A DNA stretch of 64,000 nt, taken from the NCBI RefSeq assembly GCF_006345805.1, contig NC_042997.1, positions 80,538,001-80,602,000 on the forward strand, read 5' to 3'. Position numbers and translations under genes: made by a program. Each line of letters opens with the position of its first letter. Within the stretch, counting starts at the first letter, position 1. Below the pieces are notes generated by a model. The model did no database searches, had not been told where the DNA came from, and saw only the letters and a program-made list of their open reading frames with translations. The DNA is from Octopus sinensis. Its lineage: Eukaryota. This document shows positions 49,656 to 64,000 of the stretch, one piece after another.

Positions 49656-52295
49656 TGTTGATATTAAGGGCTATTAGACAAAAGAAACAAGCTTGGAAGG
49701 ACTGGAAGAACGGTGGTAGCAGGGAAGTGTATCAGACTGCCAGAAGGGAAGCTAGGAGGCAGGTGTATTTAGCCAGAGGGGAAGCAGATAAGAAAAAATT
49801 TACCAATGTTCTGCGCCGTGAGGACGAAAGACTTGAGGTATTTCATGTTGCAAGACAGTGTGTGAAAGAGAATTATGATGTGGTAGGAGAGAAATGTGTT
49901 CGCATGGATGATGGCTCACTTGCGCTAAATGAGGATGCAAAGAGAGTGGTTTGGAGACACCACTATGAAAGGTTGCTGAATAAAGAAAATGCATGGGATA
50001 AAGAGAGTCTGCCCAATGTCGACCCAACAGAGAGACCAGCTAGCCTTGTTGACAGTTCCTTGGTAATTGAGGCAATTAGAAGCATGAAGACAGGGAAAGT
50101 ACCAGGCCCATCAAGAATTACTGCAGAGATGCTCAAAATATCTGGCAGTGTTGGCTACAGCCTAGTCACCCATATAGTTAACCAGGGGATACACGAAGGA
50201 GTCATTCCCAATGACTGGTGTAGCAGCATAATAGTTAACTGCTACAAAGATAAAGGTGACGCCCTAGATACAAATAATTACAGAGGTATCAAGCTGTTGG
50301 ACCAGATAATGAAGGTTACGGAGAGGGTCATAGCCCAACTTATTAGGGAGAGAGTCCAACTTGGATGAGATGCAGTTTGGTTTCGTGCCAAGGAAAAGCA
50401 CCACTGATGCCATATTTCTGGTAAGACAGCTGCAGGAGAAATACCTAGCCAAAGATAAGCCCCTGTGCCTGGTTTTCGTTGACTTGGAGAAAGCCTTCGA
50501 CAGGGTCCCCCGATCCCTTATCTGGTGGTCAATGAGGAAACTAGGGATAGATGAATGGTTAGTGAGAGCTGTGCAAGCCATCTACAGGGACGCTGTAAGT
50601 AAGGTAAGGGTTTGCAACGTGTATACTGAAGAATTCAAGGTAGAGGTTGGGGTCCACCAGGGTTCAGTCCTCAGCCCCGTCCTATTTATCATAGTCCTCC
50701 AGGCAATTACGGAGGAATTCCAGTCAGGATGCCTCTGGGAGCTCCTCTATGCTGATGACTTTGCCCTAATCGCTGAGTCACTATCAGAACTAGAAGAGAA
50801 GTTTCAAGTGTGGAAACAAGGATTAGAATTGAAGGGCCTTAGAATAAACCTAGCTAAAACCAAAGTCCTAATAAGTAGGAACGCAGGCAAACCACAAATC
50901 CTTTCAGGTAGATGGCCCTGCTCAATCTGTAGTAGAGGCGTAGGTAGAAACTCTATAGACACATAAGAAGTGCAGCAATATCAAAGGAAGGCTAACTGGG
51001 AAGATAGTTTTTGTATGTGGCAAATGCTCAGGTGCTATAAACACTGAAAATGTGCAGAGAACAGCTTCTGTCACATTCCAGGGAGAAAAACTACAAGTAG
51101 TTGATAGCTTCCGTTACATAGGGGATCAAGTCAGTAGCAGGGGTGGATACTCTGAAAATGTAGTTGCTAGAATAAGAATAGCCTGGGCAAAGTTCAGAGA
51201 GCTCTTACCTCTGCTGGTGACAAAGAGCCTCTTGCTCAGAGTAAAAGGTAGACTGTATGATGCATGTGTACGAACAGCCATGCTACACGGCAGTGAAATA
51301 TGGGCTGTGACTGCTGAGGATATGCGTAAACTCGCAAGGAATGAAGCCAGTATGATCCAATGGATGTGTAATGTCAGTGTGCATACTCAACAGAGTGTAA
51401 GTACCTTGAGAGAAAAGTTGGACCTAAGAAGCATTAGATGTGGTGTGCAAGAGAGACAACTGCGTTGGTATGGACATGTGGTGAGAATGGATGAGGATAG
51501 CTGTGTGAAAAAGTGCCACACCCTAGCTGTTGAGGGAACCTGTGGAAGCGGTAGACCCAGGAAGACCTGGGATGAAGTGGTGAAGCATGACCTTCGAACA
51601 TTAGGCCTCACCAAGGAAATGACAAGCGACCGAGACCTTTGGAAATATGCTGTGCTCGAGAAGACCTGGCGAGCCAGATGAAACCATAACCCGTGGCCTA
51701 TGCCAGGAGCATAACCGACCCACTTATGCGTAGCTTTTCCTTCTTTGGTCACTAGACTTTGCTTGTGAAGACCTCTTGTGGCAAGTGTAATCAAAATCAT
51801 TTTGATGACTGGCATCCGTGCTAGCGGGGTGCAAAGAGCACCATACGAGTGTGATCGTTGACAGAAGGGCTATTTGAGTATGATCCATTACCAGCGTTGA
51901 CTTACTGGCACTTATGTCTGTGCTAGTGGGGAACCAAGAACACCATCCGAGCGTGATCGTTGTGATCATTGCCAGAGCAGCCAACTGGCACTTAAAAAGG
52001 GCACCATTCGAGCGTGATCGTTACCAATGTCACTTCACTGGCACCTGTGTCGGTGGCACGTGTAAAAGATTCGAGCGAGGTCATTGCCAGTACTGCCTGA
52101 TTGGCCCCTGTGCATGTGGCACGTAAAAAGCACCCACTACACTCTCAGAGTGGTTGGCTTTAGGAAGGGCATCCAGCTGTAGAAACTCTGCCAGATCAAG
52201 ACTGGAGCCTGGTGCAGCCATCTGGTTGCCAGCCCTCAGTCAAAACCGTCCAACCCATGCTAGCATGGAAAACAGACGTATGATGATGATGATGA
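49656..52295 (+). mobile_element. 5'-truncated RTE-clade LINE with RT, 3' UTR and (TGA)n tail
   Basis: Frameshift-split ORFs 49658-50368, 50361-50966 and 51052-51681, with QFGF, DLEKAFD, GVHQGSVLSP, YADD (50748-50759), LRWYGHV and GRPRKTW. Ends (TGA)n. Confidence 0.95.
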
Positions 52296-55200
52296 TTAAG
52301 ATGTGGGATATAACAAAAATTGGAATGCAGAAATGAAAGGAAAACTGAAAATATTAGGACAAAATCCTTGCTTTCATAAAATTTCTATTTTGTTTTCTGT
52401 AGTTTCTTTTACTGAACACACAAAAACAAAGAAATTTATATAAAATGAAGTGTAAGATACAGATGGTTATATAGATAAACTAAAACTGATTTAAAATATT
52501 TTATTTTAAAATTTATCAAGAATGTCAAAAAATGATAGCAGAAAACCAAATTTAACTAAAAACAATACTATGTTTAAATTTCAAATGATGAACAATTGCT
52601 TTCAAGAAATTAATTTTTTTTTCGAAGCCATAACCATCTATCACATTTCTAATGCACTTGTTAATATATCTGAATTTCTTCTTTTGGGTGGTTTCTTCTC
52701 CTTGGATAAATTTTTGCAGTTTGATTTTGCTAAGTATATTCTTTGTAACAGTGTTAAATGATTTTTGAAGTACTAGTTATTCTCACTACTAACTCTCCTG
52801 CTTCTCTGGAATTTATTTACATTGCGTTTTAAAGAAAACCAACTCAAAACATGCAACAAACCACTTGCAACTTAACTTGAGCTGAAACCAAAACAAACAT
52901 TACAAACAGACTGCTGGCAATTGACTGATGGCAAAATGTCCTCGCATCCTCCATTATGTGCAAAATAAATAGTCATAAAATTGCATAGAGAATTTATCCA
53001 AGTTGGTATCACATCCTCATGAAGTGAGAGAGAGAGGATAAGGACAGAAGGAGGGAAAAAAGAGAGTAAGTGGGATGGAGCAAAAAGAGAAAGACTGCTT
53101 AAGAGAAATTGAGTAAGATCTTAATTCAAGAGAGGATTCTAAGTAGATATTTTTTTTTTTTTTTTGGCATAGTAACTTTGATGACACAATATCAGAACAG
53201 TTTCAGACTGGGTAACAATAATGACTAGTTAGTTAGTATTGCAAGGCTCACACTAAAATGATTTCAATGTTCTAGTCTTTGTACCTAAGTGATAAGTAAA
53301 CCAACTGTTATTTAAAAGTACACATACACTTGTGGCTTGGGTATGTATCTGAGACATCATTCCAGCTGTTATCATGGTCACAGGGAATCAAAAATTGTCA
53401 GTTAAATGAGGTGTGAGATATGACGTTGGATTGATCTAATAAGGATGTGGATATAACTGCAGATTAAAATATAATTTTCAAATCTTTAAGTGTTTAATGG
53501 AACTGATAAAGACTGTGTATGATACCTAAAATTAAATCTAAACCCATAACATCTATGAACTGCTATCCAGCATAAATTCCACACAGCACCTTTTACTACT
53601 AAGCAAGCCATACATTCTATGCCTCTTTGAGACACAAATTTCCCAATCTTTGCCCATTGTCAACTTCTGCTCTGGCTACACTTTTTACTTCACTTTTAAG
53701 GGTGATGTTAGTGTCTGCATACACTTGGATATCTACAACAAAAACTTCCAATTACTTTGGTTTACATTCTTCCTCTCCCACTCCCCCAGATACATCTGCT
53801 TCCTCAATCACTCTCTGACTGTGTCAAGCCTCTAACAAATCTTGGCACTTCCTGTACTGAAGATATCAATCCCACTTCTACAAAGTTATTGCCCTCAGTA
53901 ACTTGAACATTTACTACTCCTCCACTCCCAGAAACACACTATATTGATGCCATTGGTGCAGAAACCAAATTTTTTCCAAACTTCAACTCTCTAGGCCAAC
54001 TAGTTTTATCCTTGCATAGATACCTGACTGATGCACAAATGCCCCAAACACTCCTTATCTCATTCTCACCTACTAACCCAACCCCTATCAAACCATCACC
54101 ATCTCTGCACCAACCATTGCCTTATCATGGCTTCTCACTAGACATCAACACAATACACAATGCCCTCACCTACCTTCCATATGCTATGATACTTCAAGTC
54201 AGTGGAATAATTAGGGCTCTATTAACTATCTTTAAAAGTATATGCATTTCACTCCTGGCTTATCAGAAACAGATGTGCAGGTGGCAATATATCGGCAATA
54301 AATTTCTCATCATGCCAAATACCTTGACACTATCATTGAAAAGTTTGTTTAAAGTTTTTATTTAAAGAATAAATGTGCCATATTTCATTAACAAAGAAAA
54401 AGTAAATTCTGCAATCTAGATTTTTAAATTTTTTTTTTAAAGTAAAATTGAACAATGAAGAAATGAATTAATTGTCTAACTGCATCATTGGTGCAGAAAA
54501 CCCACAGTGCAATAAGAAATAATAAGATAGAGCAGCAAGAATTCAATGCATCATCAATGAATATCAAAACCAAAGATACTGGATTATCTAAGAGTTATTG
54601 TACAGTATTTGTGTTTTTAGCATATTTCTTCTTCCTTTCAATTTAAAATAGTGTTATCTCTTACTGCATTATTCTGGGATTCAGTTCTATCTTTAAAATA
54701 GACTTTATTTATTTATTTTTGCATATATATGGAGCAAATATGATAGTAATTTTTCTCTTCAAATTTCTCTTTCACTGTACAAGAAATAAGATGTATGAAT
54801 TCTTCAAGTAGAAACCTTAATGCTTAGCAATGTATTTGCTACAGCTAAATAACATGACAAATTTACCAGTGGTATATTGAATGGCAATGTAATTATCTTG
54901 CAATGAAATTGCTATGATGTATTTAAATGCAATGAATTAAAAAAGATGAATTTACTAAATAGTGACAATATGCACAGGATCCCTGACAGGTGCTAGGACA
55001 ATTCATTCCTAGTCAATATATTGCTAAGATCCAAGCTAGAATATTATCAGGTTATTTCATTCTGTTAGTCTGGTAATATTTGTTTTGTATTTCAGTTTAA
55101 ATTATGTGCATGAAAAAAACAGTTGTTTTTAAACTCAAGTACTTGAGTAATGTCAAATCATGCAATTCTCAGAGGGTTTTGAGCTGGTTTTCTTTGATGT

Positions 55201-56115
55201 GTATTGTAAATAAATTAGCACGCAATGTAAATAAATTCCAGAGATGTAAGAGAGATAGCAATGAAAATAACTCATATATGAAAACTGCAGAAATTTATCC
55301 AAGAAGAAACCAGCCAGAAGACGAAATACAGAGATAACATGGAACATATCAGAAAGTGATAGTGATAGCCAATTAATATTTTAAATGAAAACTATTTGTT
55401 AAAAGTAGCTGCTCAGGATCTGTAATTAAACACTTCATAGAATTTTTATTAACTTTAGGTTTTTTTTTATTGCCATGTCTTTTGTGCCCTTGATAAATTT
55501 TAAAGTATTTTAAATAAACAGATTTTAGTAGATTATATAGCTATCTATATTCAATACATGTCATTTTACATACATTTCTTTGTTGGTTGTAATGTACTTA
55601 ATAAAATAAAGGGAAGAAGCTCAAGAAAATGAAACATTTTAAGAAAGTATGTTCTACCTAATACTTTTATTGTTTTGTCTTCATAAGAACATTAGAAATA
55701 GTTCTAACATCTTGATATCAACAGAAAGTTTGCATTTTTTAACATCAGTTCAATAGCTTGTTTAAACACTATTTTATAACCTGGCTGCATTCTAACTTGG
55801 GTACTATGAATGAATTGATAAAAAAATTGCCTAGACATCAATTTGTCAAACTCTATAACTAATTCCATCAGAGGTAGAAAGCTACAAATATTTGCAGAGG
55901 ATATAGTCAGTGATAACAATCTTATTTTTTATCAATCCTGATGAGATGAAAGGCAACATCTATTCCAGCAAGATTTCAAGTAGTGACGCAATGGTACATA
56001 CCTAAATACTACAATCTCTTTTGCTCACTCCTTGATGATAATGCAAAAAATTTTGAACAAAGATTTTTAAACCTAAAATATCTAATTTTTGTTGGTGATT
56101 TAGGTATGAATTTAT

Positions 56116-56172
<57 letters not shown>

Positions 56173-57636
56173 TCTAATGTGTTGTTTTTTGTTTGAAATG
56201 GAAAGAAAGGCAGAAAGACTGAAGCAAGAATGATTAATATTTTGTTTGAAGACACAATAGCTATAATTTATGATTTATCCCTCAAGGAATTGGAGTGGAT
56301 TAGTGCTTAGCTTTACAAAAGAAAGCATTATTGATACATTGTTACTGCAGTATCAAAAGCAACTTGCTTATGAAGTGAATTACACACTGTATGCTTCTAT
56401 TAAAAGAGAAAACCGTTAAATTTTTGTGAGGGTATTACAACATCTATATACATAATTAGTTGCAATTAAGGAAGTGTTAATAAACCGGAATTGTTGACTC
56501 CAGTACAGTGACATACGGACACACAGAATTAATTTCTAACAGTTTCTTTCTAACATAACAATTGGCTAAGTATTACTTGAATTATTCAAGAAATATGTTA
56601 AAATGTAAATTTTCTTCAAGAAATATAATGGCTTCTTAGTTTCATAACCATGTTAAATTAATGAGAATAACATTTCCAGTAAATTTTTGAAGATTGCAAG
56701 GCAAGATATATTTCTACAAGATATAAGATCAAAGGAATTATTGTTATATTTAAACTTCTGCTTGTAATTAATTTCAGAATAAACTTTTCTCTGTAACAGA
56801 AATTTACATTTGAGTTAGATTCATGATTAATGCACTGAGGATCATACCTGAAAATTGATTATCTGTTTGGTTTTGTTTTGTTTTTTTATCTATACACTTA
56901 CAACTGATGCATATAAATATATACAGATATGTTCACTAACGTTGTATTCAAATTCTTTGGTGGAGATGTGAATTCACACATGCTCATGCATACAAATGTA
57001 TAAAAGGACATAAAATTATGCAAACACACACTTTCAGGAAACACTCCTTCCTTCTTAAAACATTTGGAATATATATATTTATGTATGCAAGCATAACAAA
57101 GTGTACATTAAAACAGAGGTAGTGGCAATATTTGGGACATACAACATATATCTATATCTAGACTTTTAACCCATGCTATCCCTGGTGGTCTTCTCCAGCT
57201 GCCCCTTTCATCTATTCAAATCATCCTATCTCTGTTGCATCCATTGCTATTCACTGTACCATGTCACTTGTGTAATAAGGGAAAACTGGATCTAGTGATA
57301 CTCACACTACCATCCATATCTCTCAGTACTCTCTTCCACCCATCACATGATTGAGTAAATAAGAAAGTGCATTGTATGTTAGTATCTGATACTGTTCTCT
57401 TGAATTCATTACTCGCTCTCCCTCAATCTACTCTTTTACTGATATCCATTAGTCTCCTAACATTACCATCTTGATTTTGATCATTCCCTCTCTCATGCCA
57501 GTTACTATTACCTTGCCATCACCTCTACTTCTTTAAGCGATTTACTAGGGACATGTAACAAACACTCTTACCGCCAACACTTTCAAATGACAACCCATCA
57601 CTCATCCTCTCCCTTACTAGGAAGTATGTAGCTGCC

Positions 57637-57682
<46 letters not shown>

Positions 57683-59087
57683 CTTGTTTCTCCTAGCAAC
57701 TTCACTCGTGATGATGTAATAAAATGTGCGCAGTACAATCAGTAAAGTGATGAAATGAGCAGAAACAATGAAGGGCTAAGAAGAGCCTTCAGTTTAGTTT
57801 TGTCAAGGATATGAGGACCTATCTTGTGCAAGTAACAAAATAAAATGCACTCATTGCACTCTGTAAAGTGGTTGGTGTTAGGTCAAACCAGAACATACAA
57901 GTATTGTGTTCCCCCACTCATCTAGAAATATCAAGTGGGAGCTGACCATGACAACTCCAATGCCAACACATATCTGTAGTGAAACCAGGCATAAAATGAG
58001 CATAAGGACGATAACAATGGTGGTGATAAATTGAAGTATAGATTTGGAATACAGTTTTACACATTTATTTATCTAAAGAAAATGTCAAGCCCAGGCTGAA
58101 ATGTGAACGAGAAGAAAAAAAATCTACAAAATCAGTAAAGATCTGAAATTGTCCACATAGTAATTCAAATTTTTTCCTAAGCTTATAGGATATTAGCAAC
58201 TTCAGTTTCCTAGATATGTTTACTCCTGTTTTACTAAAGAGAAGATACATGCTACCTGCTGCTCTTCCCTTCAGAACTTTTAGCTAAGTCACCTTAAGCA
58301 TCTTTTTCTTTAATACTAAATGCCAGATGACATATTATCCATAATTACAAATTCTTGTTTCTAGGAAATTTTGTTTTGGGTTGCATTTGAAAATTTCTAA
58401 GTTTTGTTGTTATAAAACACAAGATGATGTAGTGTTTAAAGGATTTCTAAACTTTAAAAATAATTTGAGACAAAAATCAAAAACAAAAAAGAGGAAAAAC
58501 AGTTATTCAGGAGATTGAGCTGTGCTATTTTTGATGCTTTCAATTGCTATATTTGCATCTGTTAGGCTAGTTTTCAACTTTTCCCCTCTAATAACAGCAC
58601 CTCTAGGTTCCATTAGCCAGAGGCAGTTGTTACATGTTCACTGAAAAATTTTGTGTTAGACTTTTTTTAACTTGTTTTTAACTCGTACTTTCCATTTCAT
58701 CCATCTCAATACTTTTAATCATCTGCATCATACTTGCACTAGAAAAAATAAATTTTGACTGATATATCATTAGTTTTTCTTATTGTAGTTATCTCCAAAC
58801 TAATCCCTGGCATTCCAATTATAATTGTACTCTTTTTTCTTTAGCTATAATACATCTAGGACTACATTAGTCAATGTGTCCTTTTATTAAAAAAAAAAAT
58901 GTTTGAGGCAGATTTCTGGAAAGTTAAGTGATCACATGAGGCTCTTTCATTGGTTCAAGTATACCATAAGTACTTAATTACAACAGAGTCTGAAAGATAT
59001 ATTTGACTGAGAAGTGTTATAGAAAGTTGTTGTTCATAAGTGAGAGAGATATGAATTTATTTATGTTGCCAAGCAAAATTACAGTTC

Positions 59088-59277
59088 TGGCAGATACTGG
59101 TGTCATGCAAATGGCACCCATTATACTCTCAGAGTGGTTAGCGTTAGGAAGGGCATCCAGCCATAGAAAACCATGCCAAATCAGACTGGATCCTGGTGCA
59201 GCCTTCCAGTGTGCCAGCTCAGTCAAACCATCCAACCCATGCCAGCATGGACAACAGACATTAAATAATGATGATGA
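59088..59277 (+). mobile_element. RTE-type 3' tail copy
   Basis: GTTAGGAAGGGCATCCAG...CCAACCCATGCCAGCATGG...GATGATGA. Confidence 0.75.
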
Positions 59278-59846
59278 AACTTAACACATTGCTTTTGCTT
59301 TTATGAACCACTGCATCTAATATCAAACATCAACTTCAGAAAAGTTGTTATTCATTTAAGCTCTTCTTTTCATCCATTCCTGATTTTTTGCTATCTCATC
59401 AATTACAGATTGGATTGCAACTCTATTTTTAAGCTATTTTAGTTGAGGCAAACTCAATAGTTTTCTTAAATAAATAAAAGGAACATTAAACCCACTTCAT
59501 TTCTTTCCAAATGTTTTTCTTTTTTTCTTTTATTACTGAACTTTAAATCTTACAATATAAATTTCTTTCTTCCAAACAAATGCTGAAATATTGCTAAGTA
59601 ACTTCTTCACAAACACCACACATCATAAAACGTTTTTGATTTCATGAAGGGGCAGGAAGCAGTCAATTGCTTCAAAATTGATATATATATATATATATAT
59701 ATTTCATTTAACAAACAAATCAGTTTGGATTGACTACCATGTGTTCAAAACACAGCAAAATTGTTTATTTCCTACTGAAACCTAATGTCAAAATATATTG
59801 CATATTAATCAAGTAAATGTTTTCACGTAACTGATACTTATCACTA

Positions 59847-60057
59847 TCATCATCATTTAACGTCTGTTGTCCATGCTGGCATGGGTTGGACAGTTTGACT
59901 GAGCTGGCACACTGGAAGACTGCACCAGCATCCAGTCTGATTTGGCATGGTCTTCTATGACTGGATGCCCTTCCAAACACCAACCACCCTGAGAGTGTAA
60001 TGGGTACTTTTACATGCCACTAGCACGGGTGCCATTTGCATGACACTGGTATTTGCC
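59847..60057 (-). mobile_element. RTE-type 3' tail copy, inverted relative to 59088-59277
   Basis: Reverse complement of the same tail, sharing the same 5' boundary and subfamily variants. Confidence 0.75.
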
Positions 60058-63000
60058 ACAAGTGCGATTTTGCTCAGCAATATAAATAAATTCATATCTC
60101 TCTTGCTTATGAACAACAACTCTCTATTAAACTTCTAAGTCAAATATACCTTTCAGGTTCTGTTGTAATTAAGTACATATAGCATGCTTGAGCCAACTAG
60201 ACTTTCCACAAATCTGCCTCAAACATTTTTTTATATAAAAGGACACATTGACTAATATAGTCCTAGATGTATCATAGCTAAAGAAAAAACAGGATGGTTA
60301 TAATTGAAATGCCAGGGATTAGTTTGGAGATAACTAATAACTACAACAACAAAAACTAATGGTGTATCAGTCAAAATTTATATTTTCTAATGCAAGTATG
60401 ATGCAGATGACTAAATTTACAGCATCTTGTGGATCAAATACTTTACTGTAAGTTTTTACTTCAGTATCTGACTCCTACAATTCAATGTTGCTCTCAGTGT
60501 TCAAGGATCAATAAAATATACCAGTAATATACTGAGATAATTCAATTGACTAATATTTACCTGAAGAAAAAATATTATTGCTAGTTAAATAAATAAATAA
60601 ATATTTCCTTACAAAACATATCTCTTAAATATATATATATATTCGCAGTCAGAATTAGAAGCAAGTAGTAGACAGAAAGAACACTTGAATATCCTAGATA
60701 CTGGCTATGATTCATGACAAAGAATATGATTAGCAATATAGTTACAAAGTATCATTAGTAATATAACTATTGTTATTTTTTCTTTATTGATTTCAACAAA
60801 TCATATTTATTATTTTTTAAGAAATTAAAAAAATCTCAGTTTAAAATTGGCAGCATTCTGTAATCTATTACTATAAATTTTATAGTATTCAAGATTACAA
60901 ACATAGATTTTAGTTGGTTTTTAATACCTAAATTTTTCATCAGAACCTAATTATTAATTAAGAAAAAGAATACTAGTTAGTTTTCAAAAAAAGAAAAAGT
61001 TTCATATTATAAAAATAACCTCTTTTTATTAAGTTTACAGAGTAAAAGGGGCCAAAGAAAAGATAAAAAAGACGATACATATGGCAATGCATGAGTATTT
61101 GAGACCAACTGGAATTCTAAATTCTTGCTTTCAGTCTCCTGTGTGTTAGAATAAAATAAAATTGACAATGTATAGTGATACTATGAAGGATTTATGCGAC
61201 ATTTTAGTATTAAAAATGTAACCTAAGTAATGACTTCTGGTTTAGGAAACAATTTTTAATGAGCTAGTAGTCAAATACCATCAACTCCAGGAATTATCTG
61301 GAACTATATTTTACCAACCTCAGAGAGATGAAAAGCAATGTTAGTTTCAATAAGATTTGAGCTCAGAACGTAAGGAGCTGAATAAGTGCCACATTTTTTT
61401 TTTTAACACTCAACCAATCCTGCAGGCTTGCCACCTTAAAGGCAACCACATAGAGTTATGAGCTAGCTCTAGCAAGTTGCTATCAAAAGCCTTTTTAAAG
61501 ATCACTTATGTTATGAACTTTAACCACTCCCATCCAAAGGTAACTTTAAAAAATTAATAGAGGGGAGTGTTCAAGGACTCAACATAAGTAATTTGTTAAA
61601 AAGTCTTTTAACATCAACTGAGCCAGCTCTTGATTCTATAATATAAAACTGTCTTTCTTAAAAGTATTCATATTCAAATTTAAACTTTTAATCACAATTT
61701 TAAGAACCTCTTTGTTAAGCTATATCTCAATGTTAAGCTATATTAATGATGATTAAGTTATTGTACTAAATACAACAAAATTATCGGTCTTTTTTTATGT
61801 TATTTTTTTTCTTTTCTTTTTCCATTAAATAAAACATACAGGCAGTGTATATAATTAGAAATACAGTCACAAAAAGCTAAGAAAAATTTGTGCTAATCTT
61901 GAGAAAATTTCTACTATTATTATTTGAAAAAATCCACAAATTTTAAAAGTTTTCACTTCTAAATATTTTCTTCAGAAACTAAAATAGTGGTAAGTTAGAA
62001 CATAAAGATTTACATATTCATTTCTCAAAATTTAGTGAACAAAACTATGCCAACAAGTTGATATTTAAAGTCAATGGATTGGTCACCATTTAGAAATCTG
62101 CTTCATATGACAGAAATAATCACTGTAATTTCAAACAATGAAGTTACAAGCAAATCATAACCTGCAAGATCATTACAAGAGCTATGTTTCTCTGTCCTCC
62201 CATCATATGCTTTCCTCTGATTATGATGAATTTTGAGAAACCTAATTCAATTCATACACAATAGATTTTTCAACCATGTAAGACTAGTCATTTTGCAGAA
62301 AGCTTCAGCAAGTAAAACTGTTAATTCTACCCTACCTGTAAGCTGCATATGTTATTTTTCACTTGACTATCTATTAATAAACAATAACTATGAATTTTTT
62401 TTAAAATGTCATGGAAACATTCCTTATTGTAAATAAAATTAATTCACCAAAAGTTATTATTGCTCATGTATGAGGAAATTTTGGTAAAGATATTTCACTG
62501 AAAGTGCATTAATATTATGGACAAATTATTAAAAACAAAATCCCTTTGACATTAATCTGTCACACATACAGGTATTTACAAATGAGTGAGCTTTTATATG
62601 GTTATTCAAACGCACAGAAATAGCGACAATGATACCTTCAAATCAACCATAAAGAAATATAATAATGAAAATAGAACCCGGACTATGAATATTGCTTATG
62701 GAGAAGTTGTCAAAGTAAATATGAATATTGTCCAAATACATACTGAGTTTGCAAAAAAATGAAAAACATTTTTTAAATAAATGACTTAAGTGAAACAATA
62801 TTAAAAAATTACTTATTCAACCATCTCTAAAAAAGATAAATTTCAGTAATTTACCAAATTAAAAATACTTAATATCTATTTTTCTGAAAATGAAACTAGA
62901 AGTTAATATATTAAAATTAATGTTTTAAATGGACAAACAATTTAAATATAAAACTTTACCATCACATCAATGATCACTGAAGTAGTAGAATAAAGAAAAA

Positions 63001-64000
63001 TAAAATGCACCAAAGAGTGGGGCAGCTAAGGAGCAGTTTAACACTGAATATTTAAACAGATATTAACTGAGTCCTGAATTTCAAATATGACTAATTGACA
63101 TGTATCTAATTTAAACAGAGATGGAGAGTCAAATTATATCAATAAGAGTTTCAGATGAGCAACAAAAATATTTATATCTCAAGAAATAAACATAAAACAA
63201 ATATAACAAATGCTCTTAAATAAAATATATCTTAAATTAAATATATCAAATATATCAGGTACTCTTAAGTAGATTAAAAATAATGGCTCTTCTACAAATA
63301 AATTGATTCAGCCTCAATATTCAGTCTCAGATCAAGTTATTTGCCAAATAATTACAACTCTAAAAATTTGAGAACCAAGCTGCAAAATCTTGTGTGTGTT
63401 ATTGCATGTGGCTTCAAAAAGATAACCTTACAACAACTCCACTTTGTAAAATGCTGCATCTCACACAAGTTTTGTGCTGAGAAAATTTCACATAACTGTG
63501 AGAGCGCAAACTTGAAGAAAAGATAGGTTTCTAAAGTATAGCACACCTTGCTGATTAACCCCAAATCCATCATAAACAGAAATATTATAACACTAGTGTA
63601 GTCATGATTGTAGCAAGAACCAATTATTTGAATAGAAACTGGACTAAAACACGTCTAAAATGAATGATGGAAGGCAAAACATGATTAGTATGAAAACAAG
63701 TTATATAGACTCTTTAGCATCTTTATCCAGGTTCAGTTAAGTGTTGTTAACATGCCAAACACATAAGAAAAAGAAGTGCGGGTGGGCAAGATTTAATGAA
63801 TTTGGTAAAGTTAATGGGGTAATATTGTTGCAAAGTGTACAGCTGAGAAATAATGAATGGTTATATTACAAAAACAAATGGCAGAAACTCAAGAGTTATG
63901 ACCAACATTATACCTAAAGTATAAAACAGAAAAAACTGAATGAAATCTTGTAATCAAATTTTTGGAAGAGAATGAAAATTAGTTACTGATTATATAACAT

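Noticed and set aside
53610-54260. C-rich stretches (also about 27560-27990, 30400-30800, 57150-57640) as old retroelement remnants
   Set aside because: The composition is suggestive, but no motif could be read with confidence.
62598-62762. Short open frame MVIQTHRNSDN...
   Set aside because: About 54 codons with no recognisable domain or convincing splice sites.

Overview
AT-rich, microsatellite-dense eukaryotic DNA. It is most likely octopus/cephalopod (inferred from the repeat families), and either intronic or intergenic; I could not support any host-gene exon. Identifiable content is almost all mobile DNA: two long decayed RTE-clade LINE copies (about 24.5-27.1 kb and 49.7-52.3 kb), many short RTE 3' tails, a CR1-type LINE fragment, tRNA-derived SINEs, an internally deleted piggyBac with three TTAA MITEs, and several fold-back elements. 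Three things stand out. (1) Four unrelated hammerhead-ribozyme-bearing elements sit in one (TA)n tract at 22.76-24.5 kb, and two use the U3-A8 compensated core. (2) A head-to-head Penelope-like insertion at 17.5-18.6 kb has a 14-bp TSD, and each arm carries a GIY-YIG tail, a tRNA-like A/B-box module and a hammerhead or its remnant. (3) A young 6.6-kb higher-order array at 31.6-38.2 kb alternates near-identical ~365-bp units with an RTE 3' end. All calls come from reading by eye; no searches were run, and boundaries of decayed elements are approximate.
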